NCBI GenBank assembly: GCA_964016885.1
Contig: OZ024744.1
Coordinates: 124,558,001-124,622,000 of the forward strand
DNA: 64,000 nucleotides
Direction: 5' to 3'
DNA from: Eledone cirrhosa
Taxonomy: Eukaryota
Part shown: piece after piece, positions 22,201-35,490 of the stretch
Numbering within the stretch: position 1 is the stretch's first letter
How the letters are laid out: every line of letters begins with the position of its first letter
Notes under the pieces: model-generated
Told to the model about the DNA's origin: nothing
The model's database searches: none
Seen by the model: only the letters and a program-made list of their open reading frames with translations
Translations under genes and position numbers: made by a program

Positions 22201-24925
22201 GTGTAAGTCATGGGGTTGGGGTTTAAGTCTAAGTCTAAGGATTTGGGTTAAGGTTTAAATCTAAGGTGTAAATCTAAGGTGTAAATCTAAGTCTAATGCT
22301 TGGGGTTGGGGTTTAGGTTTAAGTCTAAGACTTGGGGTTGGGGTCTAAATCTAAGTCTAAGGCTTTGGGTTTGGGTTTAAGTCTAAGTATAAGGCTTGGG
22401 GTTGAGGTTCAAATCTAAGTCTAAGGCTTGGGGTTGGTGTGTAAATCTAAGTCTAAGGCTTGGGGTTGGGGTTTAAGTCTAATTCTAAGGCTTTAGGTTG
22501 AGGTTTAAGTCTAAGTCCAAGGCTTAGGTTTGAGGTTTAAGTCTAATTCTAATGCTTGTGGTTGGGGTTTAAGTCGAAGGCTAAGAATTGCGGTTGGGGT
22601 TTAAGTCTAAGTTTAGGGCTTGGGGTTGGGATTTAAGTGGAAGTTTAAGGCTTGTCGTTCGGGTTTAAGTCTAAGTCAAAGGCTTGGGATTCAGGTTAAC
22701 GTCTAAGTCAAAAGGCTTGGTGTGAGGGTTGAAGTCTAAGTCTAATGCTTGTGGTTGGTGTTTATGTCTAAGTATAAGGCTTGGGGGCGGTTTAAATCCA
22801 AGTCTAAGGCTTTGGGTTTGAGTTTAAGTCTAAACCTAAGGCTTGGGGTTGGGGTTTAAGTCCAAGTCTAGACTTTGGGTTTGGGTTTAAGTCTAAGTCT
22901 AAGGCTTGGGATTGGGGTGTAAGTCTAAGTCCAAGTTTTGGGCTTGAGGTTTAAGTCTAAGTCTAAGTCTTGTGGTTGGGGTTTATGTCTAAGCCTAAGG
23001 CTTGGCGTTGGGGTTTAAATCTAAGACTCGTGGTTCGGGGTTAAGTCTATGTCTAAGCCTTGTCGTTGGGGTTTAAGTCTAAGTCTAAGGCTTGGGGTTG
23101 GGATTTAAATGTAAGTCTAATGCTTGCGGTCGGGATGTAAGGTTAAGTCTAAGGCTAGGAGTTGGGGCTCATGTCTAAGTCTAAGGCTTGGGGTTGGGGT
23201 TCAAGTCTAAATCTAAGGCTTGTTGTTGGGCTTTATGTCTAATTCTAAGGTTTGGGTTTAGGGTTTAAATCTAAGTCTAAGGCTTGGAGTTGGGGTTTAA
23301 GTCTAAGTCGGAGGCATTGGGGTTGGGTTTAAGTCTAAGTCTAAGGCTTTGGTTTGGGATTTAATTCGAAGTCTAAGACTTGGGGATGAGGTTTAAGTCT
23401 AAGTCTTGGGGTTAGGGATTAAATCTAAAGCTTGGTGTTGGGGTTTAAGTCTAAGTATAAGGCTTTGGGTTGAAGTTTAAATCTAAGTCTAAGGCTTAGG
23501 GTTGGTGTGTAAATCTAAGTCTAATGCTTGGGGTTGGGGTTTAGGTCTAAGTCTTGGGGTTAGTATTTAAATCCAAGGCTTGGTGTTGGGATATCATTCT
23601 AAGTCTAATGCTTGTGGTTGGGGTTTATATCTAAGTCTAAGGCTTGTATTTGGGATTTAAGTCTAAATCTAAGGCTTGTGGTTGGGGTTTAAGTCCAAGT
23701 CTAAATCTTTGGATTTGGGTTTAAGGCTAATTCTAAGGCTTTAGATTGAGGTTTATGTCAAAGCCTAAGGCTTATGTTTGAGGTTTAAGTCTAATTCTAA
23801 GGTTTGTGGTTGGGGTTTAAGTCGAAGCCTAATAATTGTCGTTGGGGTTTAAGTCTAAGTTTAGGGCTTCGGGTTGGGATTTAAGTGGAAGTTTAAGGCT
23901 TGTGGTTCGGGTTTAAGTGTAAGTCAAAGGTTTGGGTTGGGGTTTAAGTCTAAGTTTTGGGTTGGGGTTTAAGTCTAAGTTTTGGGGTTAGGGTTTTTAC
24001 ATCTAAGGCTTGGGTTGGGGTTTAAGTCTAAGTCTAATGTTTGTGGTTGGGGTTTATGTCTAAGTCTAGGGCTTGGGGTTGGGGTTTAAATCCACGTCTA
24101 AGGCTTTGGATTTGGGTTTAAGTCTAAACCTAAGGCTTGGGGTTGGGGTTTAAGTCTAAGTCGAAGGCTTTGTGTTGAAGTTTAAGTCTGAGTCTAAGGC
24201 TTGTGGTTGGGGTTTATGTCTAAGACTAAGGCATGGGGTTGGGATTTAAATGTAAGTCTAATGCTTGCGGTCGGGATGTAATGTTAAGTCTAAGGCTAGG
24301 AGTTGGGGCTCATGTCTAAGTCTAAGGCTTGGGGTTGGGGTTCAAGTCTAAATCTAAGGCTTGGCGTTGGGGTTTAAGTCTAAGTCTAAGGCTTTTTGTT
24401 GGGCTTTATGTCTAATTCTAAGGCTTGGGTTTAGGGTTTAAATCTAAGTCTAAGGCTTGGAGTTGGGGTTTAAGTCTAAGTCGGAGGCATTGGGGTTGGG
24501 TTTAAGTTTAAGACTAAGGCTTTGGTTTGGGATTTAATTCGAAGTCTAAGACTTGGGGATGGGGTTTAAGTCTAAGTCTTGGGGTTAGGGATTAAATCTA
24601 AAGCTTGGTGTTGGGGTTTAAGTCTAAATATAAGGCTTTGGGTTGAGGTTGACATCTAAGTCTAAGGCTTAGGGTTGGTGTGTAAATCTAAGTCTAAGGC
24701 TTGGGGTTGGGGTTTAGGTCTAAGTCTTGGGGTTAGTATTTAAATCTAAGGCTTGGTGTTGGGATATCATTCTAAGTCTAATGCTTGTGGTTGGGGTTTA
24801 TATCTAAGTCTAAGGCTTGGATTTGGGATTTAATTCTAAATCTAACGCTTGGGGTTGGGGTTTAAGTCCAAGTCTAAGGCTTTGGGTTTGGGTTTAAGTC
24901 TAATTCTAAGGCTTTAGGTTGTGGT
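19215..24925 (+). repeat. ~2.84-kb tandem duplication inside one higher-order unit
   Basis: GGGATTTACATCTAAGTCTAAAGCTCGGGG occurs at 19223 and again at 22065 (offset 2842), followed by the same variant order. Ends are approximate. Confidence 0.8.
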
Positions 24926-26702
24926 TTAAGTCAAAGTCTAAGGCTTAGGTTTGAGGTTTAAGTCTAATTCTAAGGTTTGGGTTGGGGTTTAAGTCGAAGC
25001 CTAAGAATTGTCGTTGGGGTTTAAGTCTAAGTTTAGGGCTTCGTGTTGGGATTTAAGTGGAATTTTAAGGCTTGTGGTTCGGGTTTAAGTCTAAGTCAAA
25101 GGCTTGGGTTGGGGTTTAAGTCTAAGTTTTGGGGTTAGGGTTTAAATCTAAGGCTCGGGTTGGGGTTTAAGTCTAAGTCTAATTATTGTGGTTGGGGTTT
25201 GTGTCTAAGTCTAGGGCTTGGGGTTGGGGTTTAAATCCAAATCTAAGGCTTTGGATTTGGGTTTAAGTCTAAACCTAAGGCTTGGGGTTGGGGTTTAAGT
25301 CTAAGTCGAAGGCTTTGTGTTGAAGTTTAAGTCTGAGTCTAAGGCTTGTGGTTGGGGTTTATGTCTAAGACTAAGGCTTGGGGTTGGTGTTTAAGTCTAA
25401 ATCTAAGGCTTGTGGTTGGGATTTACATCTAAGTCTAAAGCTTGGGGTTGGGGTTTCTAGCTAAGGCTTGGAGTTGGGGTTTAAGTCTAAGATTAAGGCT
25501 TGGGTTTGGGTTTCAGTGTAGGCCTAAGTCTTGTGGTTGGAGTTTAAGAGTAAGTGTAAAGCATGGGGTTGGGGTTTAAGTCTAAGTCTAAGGATTTGGG
25601 TTAAGGTTTAAATCTAAGTCTAAGACTTGGGGTTGGGGTCTAAATCTAAGTCTAAGGCTTGGGGTTTGGGTTTAAGTCTAAATCTAAGGCTTTGGGTTTG
25701 GGTTGAAGTCTAAGACTAAGGCTTTATGTTGAGGTTTAAGTCTAAGTCTAAGGCTTTGGTTTGAATTTTAAGTCTAAATCTAAGGCTTTGGGTTTGGGTT
25801 TAAGTCGAAGCCTAAGACTTGTAGTTGGGGTTTAAGTCTAAGTTTAAGGCTTGGGGTTTTCATTTAAGTTTAAATCTAAGGCTTGTGGTTCGGGTTTATG
25901 TCTAAGTCAAAGTCTTGGGATTCGGGTTAACGTCTAAGTCTAAGGCTTGGGGTCGGGGTTTAAGTCTAAGTCTAAGGCTTGTGATTGGGGTTTATGTCTA
26001 AATCTAAGTTTTCGGGTTAGAGGTTTAAATCTAAGCCTAAGGTTTGGAATTGGTGTTTAGTCCAAGTCTAAGGCTTTGGGTTTGGGTTTAAGTCTAAATC
26101 TAAGGCTTGAGGTTGGGGTTTAAGTCTAACGCTTGTGGTTCGGAGTTAAGTCTATGTCTAAGCCTTGCGGTTGGGGTTTAAATCTAAGTATATAGCTTGT
26201 GGTTGGGGTTTAAGTTTGAGTCTAATGCTAGTCGTTGTGGTTCGTGTCTAAGTCTAATGCTTGTGGTTGGGGTTTAAGTCTAAATCTAAGGTTTGGTGTT
26301 GGGGTTTAAATCTAAGGCTTGGGGTTAGGGTATAAGTCTAATGCTTGTGGTTGTGTTTTATGTCTAAGTCTAAGGCTTTGGGTTCAGGTTTAAGTCTAAG
26401 TCTAAGGCTTGGATTTGGATTTAAGTCTAAGTCTAAGTCTTGGGGTTAGGATTTAAAACTAAGGCTTGGGTTGGGGTTTAAGTCTAAGTCTAATGCTTGG
26501 GGTTGGGTTTCATGACTACGTCTAAGGCTTGGGGTTGGGGTTTAAGTCCAAGTCTAAGGATTTGGGATTGAGTTTAAGTCTAAGTCTAAGGCTTGGGGTT
26601 GGTGTTTAAGTCTAAGTCTAAGACTTGTGGTTGGGTTGTATGTCTAAAGTTGGGTTGTAACGCATGGTATTGTTTTAAGTTAAGTCTAAATCTAGTCTAG
26701 GA

Positions 26703-26750
26703 TTAGGGTTAGGGTTAGGGTTAGCGTTAGGGTTAGGGTTAGGGTTAGGG
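26703..26750 (+). repeat. Interstitial telomeric tract (TTAGGG)3 TTAGCG (TTAGGG)4
   Basis: Read directly. Confidence 0.95.
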
Positions 26751-27838
26751 TTGGGGTTTAAGTCCAAGTCTAAGGCTTTGGGTTTGGATTTAAGTCTAAG
26801 TCTAAGGCTTGGGGTTGGGGTTTAAGTCTAAATCTAAGGCTTTGTGTTGAGGTTTAAATCTAAGTCTAAGGCTTGGGTTTGAGGTTTAAGTATAAGTCTA
26901 AAGCTTGATTTGGGGTTTAAGTCTAAGTCTTGGGGTTAGGGTTTAAATCTAAGTACTGGTGTTGGGGTTTAAGTCTAAGACTAAGGCTTGGGTTTGGGTT
27001 TCAGTCTAAATCTAAGGCTCGCTGTTGGGGTTTAAATCTAAGTCTAAGGCTTTGGGTTGAGGTTTAAGTCTAAGTCTTGTGGTTGGGGTTTATGTCTAAG
27101 CCTAAGGCTTGGGGTTGGGGTTTAAGTCTAAGTCTAAGGCTTATGGTCGGGGTGTAAGGTTAAGACTAAGGCTAGGAGTTGGGGCTCATGTCTAAGTCTA
27201 AGGCTTATGGTTGGGGTTCAAGTCTAAATCTAAGGCTTGGCTGTGGGGTTTAAGTCTAAGTCAAAGGCCTGTTGTTGTGCTTTATATCTAAGTCTAAGGC
27301 TTGGAGTTGGGGTTTAAGTGTAAGTCTAAGGCTTGGGGTTGGGATTTAATTCGAAGTCTAAGACTTGGGGTTGGTGTCTAAATCTAAGTCTAAGGCTTGG
27401 GGTTGGGTTTTAAGTCTAAGTCTTGGGGTTAGTGTTTAAATCTAAGGCTTGGTGTTGGGGTTTAATTCTAAGTCTAATGCTTGTGGTTGTGTTTTATGTC
27501 TAAGTCTAAGGCTTTGGGTTCAGGTTTAAGTCTAAGTCTAAGGCTTGGATTTGGATTTAAGTCTAAGTCTAAGTCTTGGGGTTAGGATTTAAAACTAAGG
27601 CTTGGGTTGGGGTTTAAGTCTAAGTCTAATGCTTGGGGTTGGGTTTCATGACTACGTCTAAGGCTTGGGGTTGGGGTTTAAGTCCAAGTCTAAGGATTTG
27701 GGATTGAGTTTAAGTCTAAGTCTAAGGCTTGGGGTTGGTGTTTAAGTCTAAGTCTAAGACTTGTGGTTGGGTTGTATGTCTAAAGTTGGGTTGTAACGCA
27801 TGGTATTGTTTTAAGTTAAGTCTAAATCTAGTCTAGGA

Positions 27839-27886
27839 TTAGGGTTAGGGTTAGGGTTAGCGTTAGGGTTAGGGTTAGGGTTAGGG
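27839..27886 (+). repeat. Interstitial telomeric tract (TTAGGG)3 TTAGCG (TTAGGG)4
   Basis: Read directly. Confidence 0.95.
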
Positions 27887-28705
27887 TTGGGGTTTAAGTC
27901 CAAGTCTAAGGCTTTGGGTTTGGATTTAAGTCTAAGTCTAAGGCTTGGGGTTGGGGTTTAAGTCTAAATCTAAGGCTTTGTGTTGAGGTTTAAATCTAAG
28001 TCTAAGGCTTGGGTTTGAGGTTTAAGTATAAGTCTAAAGCTTGATTTGGGGTTTAAGTCTAAGTCTTGGGGTTAGGGTTTAAATCTAAGTACTGGTGTTG
28101 GGGTTTAAGTCTAAGACTAAGGCTTGGGTTTGGGTTTCAGTCTAAATCTAAGGCTCGCTGTTGGGGTTTAAATCTAAGTCTAAGGCTTTGGGTTGAGGTT
28201 TAAGTCTAAGTCTTGTGGTTGGGGTTTATGTCTAAGCCTAAGGCTTGGGGTTGGGGTTTAAGTCTAAGTCTAAGGCTTATGGTCGGGGTGTAAGGTTAAG
28301 ACTAAGGCTAGGAGTTGGGGCTCATGTCTAAGTCTAAGGCTTATGGTTGGGGTTCAAGTCTAAATCTAAGGCTTGGCTGTGGGGTTTAAGTCTAAGTCAA
28401 AGGCCTGTTGTTGTGCTTTATATCTAAGTCTAAGGCTTGGAGTTGGGGTTTAAGTGTAAGTCTAAGGCTTGGGGTTGGGATTTAATTCGAAGTCTAAGAC
28501 TTGGGGTTGGTGTCTAAATCTAAGTCTAAGGCTTGGGGTTGGGTTTTAAGTCTAAGTCTTGGGGTTAGTGTTTAAATCTAAGGCTTGGTGTTGGGGTTTA
28601 ATTCTAAGTCTAATGCTTGTGGTTGGGGTTTATATCTAAGTCTAAGACTTGGAGTTGGGGTTTAAGTCTAAATCTAAGGCTTGGGGTTGGGGTTTATGTC
28701 CAAGT

Positions 28706-28774
28706 CTTCAGAAGAGTGACGAAACCCTTATGTTGGCCGACCATTGCTCTTGCGTCGTCCTTGCACATAATACA
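28706..28774 (-). mobile_element. Degenerate hAT transposase fragment, copy 3
   Basis: Same sequence as copy 1 (offset 18841). Confidence 0.65.
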
Positions 28775-28775
28775 A

Positions 28776-28928
28776 TGTGTGTTGTATTTGGTCCTAGATG
28801 TATGTATTACCTGCCTGTGTGTTGTAGGTAGTCCTAGATGTATGTGTATTACCTTCTTATATATTGCATGTGGTCCCAGCTGTATGTATTACCTGCTTGT
28901 GTGTTGTATGTGGTCCTAGATGTGTGTA
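28776..28928. repeat. 40-bp minisatellite fragment, copy 3
   Basis: Same sequence as copy 1. Confidence 0.9.
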
Positions 28929-31900
28929 CTTTGGGTTTGGTTTTAAGTCTAATTCTAAGGCTTTAGGTTGAGGTTTAAGTCTAAGTCTAAGGCTTAGGTT
29001 TGAGGTTTAAGTCTAATTCTAAGTCTTGAGGTTGGGGTTTAAGTCGAAGCCTGAGAATTGTGGTTGGGGTTTATGTCTAAGTTTAAGGCTTGGGGTTGGG
29101 TTGTAAGTCGAAGTCTAAGGTTTGTGGTTCGGATTTATGTCTAAGTCAAAGGCTTGGGATTCGGGTTAACGTCTAAGTCTAAGGCTTTGGGTTTGGGTTT
29201 AATTCTAATTCTAAGACTTGGTGTTGGGGTTTAAGTCTAAGTCTAAGGCTTGTGGTTGGGGTTTATGTCTAAATCTAAGTCTTTGGGTTGAGGTTTAAGG
29301 CTAAGGCTTGTGACTGGGTTGAAGTCTAAGTGTAAGGCATTGGGTTTGGCTTGAAGTCTAAGTCTAAGGCTTGGGGTTGAGGTTTAAGTCTAAGGCTTGG
29401 GTTTATGGTTTAAGGCTTGGAGTTGGTGTTTAAGGCTAATTCTCAAGCTTGGGGTTGGGGTTTAAGTCCAAGTCTAAGGCTCTGGGATTGGTTTTAAGTC
29501 TAAATCTAAGACTTGTGGTTCGGGTTTATGTCTAAGTCTAAGCCTTGGGGTTCGGGTTTAAGTTAAAGTCTAATGCTAGGAGTTGGGGTTCAAGTCTAAG
29601 TCTAAGGCTTGGGGTTGGGATTTAAATCTAAGTCTAATGCTTGTGGTTGTGGTTTATGTCTAATCTAAGGCTTTGGGTTCGGGTTTAAGTCTAAGTCTGA
29701 GGCTTGGGTTTGAGGTTTCAGTCTAAGTCTAAGTATTGGGGTTAAGGTTTAAATCTAAGGCTTGGGCTTGTGGTTTAAGTCTTAGTCTAATGCTTGGGGT
29801 TCGGGTTTAAGTTCAAGTCTAATGCTAGGAGTTGGGGTTCATATCAAAGTCTAAGGCTTGGGGTTGGGATTTAAGTCTAAGTCTAAGACTTGTGGTTGGG
29901 GTGTATGTCTAAGTCCAAGGCATTGTGTTAGGGTTTAAAACTAAGTTTAAGGCTTAGGGTTGGGGTTCAAATCTAACGCTAAGGCTTGGGTTTATGTTTA
30001 AATCTAAGGCTTGGGCTTAGGTTTTAAGTCTAAGTCTAAAACTTGGGGTTGGGTTTTAAGTCCAAGACTAAGGCTTTGGGTTTGGCTTTAAGTCTAAATC
30101 TAAGGCTTGGGCTTGGGGTATAAGTCCAAGTCTAAGACTTTGGGTTTGGGTTTAAGTCTAAGTCTAAGGCTTGGGGCTGGGGTTTAAGTCCAAGTCTAAG
30201 ACTTGTGGTTCTTGGTTAAGTCTATGTCTAAGCCTTGTGGTTGAGGTTTAATTCTAAGTCTAAGGCTTGGGGTTGGGATTTAAGTCCAAGTCTAAGGCTT
30301 TGGGTTTGGGTTTAAGTCTAATTCTAAGGCTTTAGGTTGAGGTTTAAGTCAAAGTCTAAGGCTTAGGTTTGAGGTTTAAGTCTAATTCTAAGGTTTGTGG
30401 TTGGGGTTTAAGTCGAAGCCTAAGAATTGTCGTTGGGGTTTAAGTCTAAGTTTAGGGCTTCGTGTTGGGATTTAAGTGGAATTTTAAGGCTGGTGGTTCG
30501 GGTTTAAGTCTAAGTCAAAGGCTTGGGTTGGGGTTTAAGTCTAAGTTTTGGGGTTAGGGTTTAAATCTAAGGCTTGGGTTGGGGTTTACGTCTAAGTCTA
30601 ATTATTGTGGTTGGGGTTTATGTCTAAGTCTATGGCTTGGGGTTGGGGTTTAAATCCAAGTCTAAGGCTTTGGATTTGGGTTTAAGTCTAAACCTAAGGC
30701 TTGGGGTTGGGGTTTAAGTCTAAGTCGAAGGCTTTGTGTTGATGTTTAAGTTTGAGTCTAAGGCTTGGGGTTGGTGTTTAAGTCTAAATCTAAGGCTTGT
30801 GGTTGGGATTTACATCTAAGTCTAAAGCTCGGGGTTGGGCTTTCAAGCTAAGGCTTGGAGTTGGTGTTTAAGTCTAAGATTAAGGCTTGGGTTTGGGTTT
30901 CAGTCTAGGCCTAAGTCTTGTGGTTGGAGTTTAAGAGTAAGTGTAAGTCATGGGGTTGGGGTTTAAGTCTAAGTCTAAGGATTTGGGTTAAGGTTTAAAT
31001 CTAAGGTGTAAATCTAAGGTGTAAATCTAAGTCTAATGCTTGGGGTTGGGGTTTAGGTTTAAGTCTAAGACTTGGGGTTGGGGTCTAAATCTAAGTCTAA
31101 GGCTTTGGGTTTGGGTTTAAGTCTAAGTATAAGGCTTGGGGTTGAGGTTCAAATCTAAGTCTAAGGCTTGGGGTTGGTGTGTAAATCTAAGTCTAAGGCT
31201 TGGGGTTGGGGTTTAAGTCTAATTCTAAGGCTTTAGGTTGAGGTTTAAGTCTAAGTCCAAGGCTTAGGTTTGAGGTTTAAGTCTAATTCTAATGCTTGTG
31301 GTTGGGGTTTAAGTCGAAGGCTAAGAATTGCGGTTGGGGTTTAAGTCTAAGTTTAGGGCTTGGGGTTGGGATTTAAGTGGAAGTTTAAGGCTTGTCGTTC
31401 GGGTTTAAGTCTAAGTCAAAGGCTTGGGATTCAGGTTAACGTCTAAGTCAAAAGGCTTGGTGTGAGGGTTGAAGTCTAAGTCTAATGCTTGTGGTTGGTG
31501 TTTATGTCTAAGTATAAGGCTTGGGGGCGGTTTAAATCCAAGTCTAAGGCTTTGGGTTTGAGTTTAAGTCTAAACCTAAGGCTTGGGGTTGGGGTTTAAG
31601 TCCAAGTCTAGACTTTGGGTTTGGGTTTAAGTCTAAGTCTAAGGCTTGGGATTGGGGTGTAAGTCTAAGTCCAAGTTTTGGGCTTGAGGTTTAAGTCTAA
31701 GTCTAAGTCTTGTGGTTGGGGTTTATGTCTAAGCCTAAGGCTTGGCGTTGGGGTTTAAATCTAAGACTCGTGGTTCGGGGTTAAGTCTATGTCTAAGCCT
31801 TGTCGTTGGGGTTTAAGTCTAAGTCTAAGGCTTGGGGTTGGGATTTAAATGTAAGTCTAATGCTTGCGGTCGGGATGTAAGTTTAAGTCTAAGGCTAGGA

Positions 31901-34900
31901 GTTGGGGCTCATGTCTAAGTCTAAGGCTTGGGGTTGGGGTTCAAGTCTAAATCTAAGGCTTGTTGTTGGGCTTTATGTCTAATTCTAAGGTTTGGGTTTA
32001 GGGTTTAAATCTAAGTCTAAGGCTTGGAGTTGGGGTTTAAGTCTAAGTCGGAGGCATTGGGGTTGGGTTTAAGTCTAAGTCTAAGGCTTTGGTTTGGGAT
32101 TTAATTCGAAGTCTAAGACTTGGGGATGAGGTTTAAGTCTAAGTCTTGGGGTTAGGGATTAAATCTAAAGCTTGGTGTTGGGGTTTAAGTCTAAGTATAA
32201 GGCTTTGGGTTGAGGTTTAAATCTAAGTCTAAGGCTTAGGGTTGGTGTGTAAATCTAAGTCTAATGCTTGGGGTTGGGGTTTAGGTCTAAGTCTTGGGGT
32301 TAGTATTTAAATCCAAGGCTTGGTGTTGGGATATCATTCTAAGTCTAATGCTTGTGGTTGGGGTTTATATCTAAGTCTAAGGCTTGTATTTGGGATTTAA
32401 GTCTAAATCTAAGGCTTGTGGTTGGGGTTTAAGTCCAAGTCTAAATCTTTGGATTTGGGTTTAAGGCTAATTCTAAGGCTTTAGATTGAGGTTTATGTCA
32501 AAGCCTAAGGCTTATGTTTGAGGTTTAAGTCTAATTCTAAGGTTTGTGGTTGGGGTTTAAGTCGAAGCCTAATAATTGTCGTTGGGGTTTAAGTCTAAGT
32601 TTAGGGCTTCGGGTTGGGATTTAAGTGGAAGTTTAAGGCTTGTGGTTCGGGTTTAAGTGTAAGTCAAAGGTTTGGGTTGGGGTTTAAGTCTAAGTTTTGG
32701 GTTGGGGTTTAAGTCTAAGTTTTGGGGTTAGGGTTTTTACATCTAAGGCTTGGGTTGGGGTTTAAGTCTAAGTCTAATGTTTGTGGTTGGGGTTTATGTC
32801 TAAGTCTAGGGCTTGGGGTTGGGGTTTAAATCCACGTCTAAGGCTTTGGATTTGGGTTTAAGTCTAAACCTAAGGCTTGGGGTTGGGGTTTAAGTCTAAG
32901 TCGAAGGCTTTGTGTTGAAGTTTAAGTCTGAGTCTAAGGCTTGTGGTTGGGGTTTATGTCTAAGACTAAGGCATGGGGTTGGGATTTAAATGTAAGTCTA
33001 ATGCTTGCGGTCGGGATGTAATGTTAAGTCTAAGGCTAGGAGTTGGGGCTCATGTCTAAGTCTAAGGCTTGGGGTTGGGGTTCAAGTCTAAATCTAAGGC
33101 TTGGCGTTGGGGTTTAAGTCTAAGTCTAAGGCTTTTTGTTGGGCTTTATGTCTAATTCTAAGGCTTGGGTTTAGGGTTTAAATCTAAGTCTAAGGCTTGG
33201 AGTTGGGGTTTAAGTCTAAGTCGGAGGCATTGGGGTTGGGTTTAAGTTTAAGACTAAGGCTTTGGTTTGGGATTTAATTCGAAGTCTAAGACTTGGGGAT
33301 GGGGTTTAAGTCTAAGTCTTGGGGTTAGGGATTAAATCTAAAGCTTGGTGTTGGGGTTTAAGTCTAAATATAAGGCTTTGGGTTGAGGTTGACATCTAAG
33401 TCTAAGGCTTAGGGTTGGTGTGTAAATCTAAGTCTAAGGCTTGGGGTTGGGGTTTAGGTCTAAGTCTTGGGGTTAGTATTTAAATCTAAGGCTTGGTGTT
33501 GGGATATCATTCTAAGTCTAATGCTTGTGGTTGGGGTTTATATCTAAGTCTAAGGCTTGGATTTGGGATTTAATTCTAAATCTAACGCTTGGGGTTGGGG
33601 TTTAAGTCCAAGTCTAAGGCTTTGGGTTTGGGTTTAAGTCTAATTCTAAGGCTTTAGGTTGTGGTTTAAGTCAAAGTCTAAGGCTTAGGTTTGAGGTTTA
33701 AGTCTAATTCTAAGGTTTGGGTTGGGGTTTAAGTCGAAGCCTAAGAATTGTCGTTGGGGTTTAAGTCTAAGTTTAGGGCTTCGTGTTGGGATTTAAGTGG
33801 AATTTTAAGGCTTGTGGTTCGGGTTTAAGTCTAAGTCAAAGGCTTGGGTTGGGGTTTAAGTCTAAGTTTTGGGGTTAGGGTTTAAATCTAAGGCTCGGGT
33901 TGGGGTTTAAGTCTAAGTCTAATTATTGTGGTTGGGGTTTGTGTCTAAGTCTAGGGCTTGGGGTTGGGGTTTAAATCCAAATCTAAGGCTTTGGATTTGG
34001 GTTTAAGTCTAAACCTAAGGCTTGGGGTTGGGGTTTAAGTCTAAGTCGAAAGCTTTGTGTTGAAGTTTAAGTCTGAGTCTAAGGCTTGTGGTTGGGGTTT
34101 ATGTCTAAGACTAAGGCTTGGGGTTGGTGTTTAAGTCTAAATCTAAGGCTTGTGGTTGGGATTTACATCTAAGTCTAAAGCTTGGGGTTGGGGTTTCTAG
34201 CTAAGGCTTGGAGTTGGGGTTTAAGTCTAAGATTAAGGCTTGGGTTTGGGTTTCAGTGTAGGCCTAAGTCTTGTGGTTGGAGTTTAAGAGTAAGTGTAAA
34301 GCATGGGGTTGGGGTTTAAGTCTAAGTCTAAGGATTTGGGTTAAGGTTTAAATCTAAGTCTAAGACTTGGGGTTGGGGTCTAAATCTAAGTCTAAGGCTT
34401 GGGGTTTGGGTTTAAGTCTAAATCTAAGGCTTTGGGTTTGGGTTGAAGTCTAAGACTAAGGCTTTATGTTGAGGTTTAAGTCTAAGTCTAAGGCTTTGGT
34501 TTGAATTTTAAGTCTAAATCTAAGGCTTTGGGTTTGGGTTTAAGTCGAAGCCTAAGACTTGTAGTTGGGGTTTAAGTCTAAGTTTAAGGCTTGGGGTTTT
34601 CATTTAAGTTTAAATCTAAGGCTTGTGGTTCGGGTTTATGTCTAAGTCAAAGTCTTGGGATTCGGGTTAACGTCTAAGTCTAAGGCTTGGGGTCGGGGTT
34701 TAAGTCTAAGTCTAAGGCTTGTGATTGGGGTTTATGTCTAAATCTAAGTTTTCGGGTTAGAGGTTTAAATCTAAGCCTAAGGTTTGGAATTGGTGTTTAG
34801 TCCAAGTCTAAGGCTTTGGGTTTGGGTTTAAGTCTAAATCTAAGGCTTGAGGTTGGGGTTTAAGTCTAACGCTTGTGGTTCGGAGTTAAGTCTATGTCTA

Positions 34901-35442
34901 AGCCTTGCGGTTGGGGTTTAAATCTAAGTATATAGCTTGTGGTTGGGGTTTAAGTTTGAGTCTAATGCTAGTCGTTGTGGTTCGTGTCTAAGTCTAATGC
35001 TTGTGGTTGGGGTTTAAGTCTAAATCTAAGGTTTGGTGTTGGGGTTTAAATCTAAGGCTTGGGGTTAGGGTATAAGTCTAATGCTTGTGGTTGTGTTTTA
35101 TGTCTAAGTCTAAGGCTTTGGGTTCAGGTTTAAGTCTAAGTCTAAGGCTTGGATTTGGATTTAAGTCTAAGTCTAAGTCTTGGGGTTAGGATTTAAAACT
35201 AAGGCTTGGGTTGGGGTTTAAGTCTAAGTCTAATGCTTGGGGTTGGGTTTCATGACTACGTCTAAGGCTTGGGGTTGGGGTTTAAGTCCAAGTCTAAGGA
35301 TTTGGGATTGAGTTTAAGTCTAAGTCTAAGGCTTGGGGTTGGTGTTTAAGTCTAAGTCTAAGACTTGTGGTTGGGTTGTATGTCTAAAGTTGGGTTGTAA
35401 CGCATGGTATTGTTTTAAGTTAAGTCTAAATCTAGTCTAGGA

Positions 35443-35490
35443 TTAGGGTTAGGGTTAGGGTTAGCGTTAGGGTTAGGGTTAGGGTTAGGG
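35443..35490 (+). repeat. Interstitial telomeric tract (TTAGGG)3 TTAGCG (TTAGGG)4
   Basis: Read directly; leader at 35397. Confidence 0.95.

Larger units (their letters stand above)
26333..28604 (+). repeat. 1136-bp tandem duplication containing a TTAGGG tract
   Basis: TTGTGGTTGTGTTTTATG occurs at 26345 and 27481, and TTAGGG tracts at 26703 and 27839; both offsets are 1136. Confidence 0.85.

Noticed and set aside
7030-35490. A functional chromosome end within the window
   Set aside because: The TTAGGG tracts are only 8-9 units, internal, and copied with their flanks. There is no long homogeneous terminal array.
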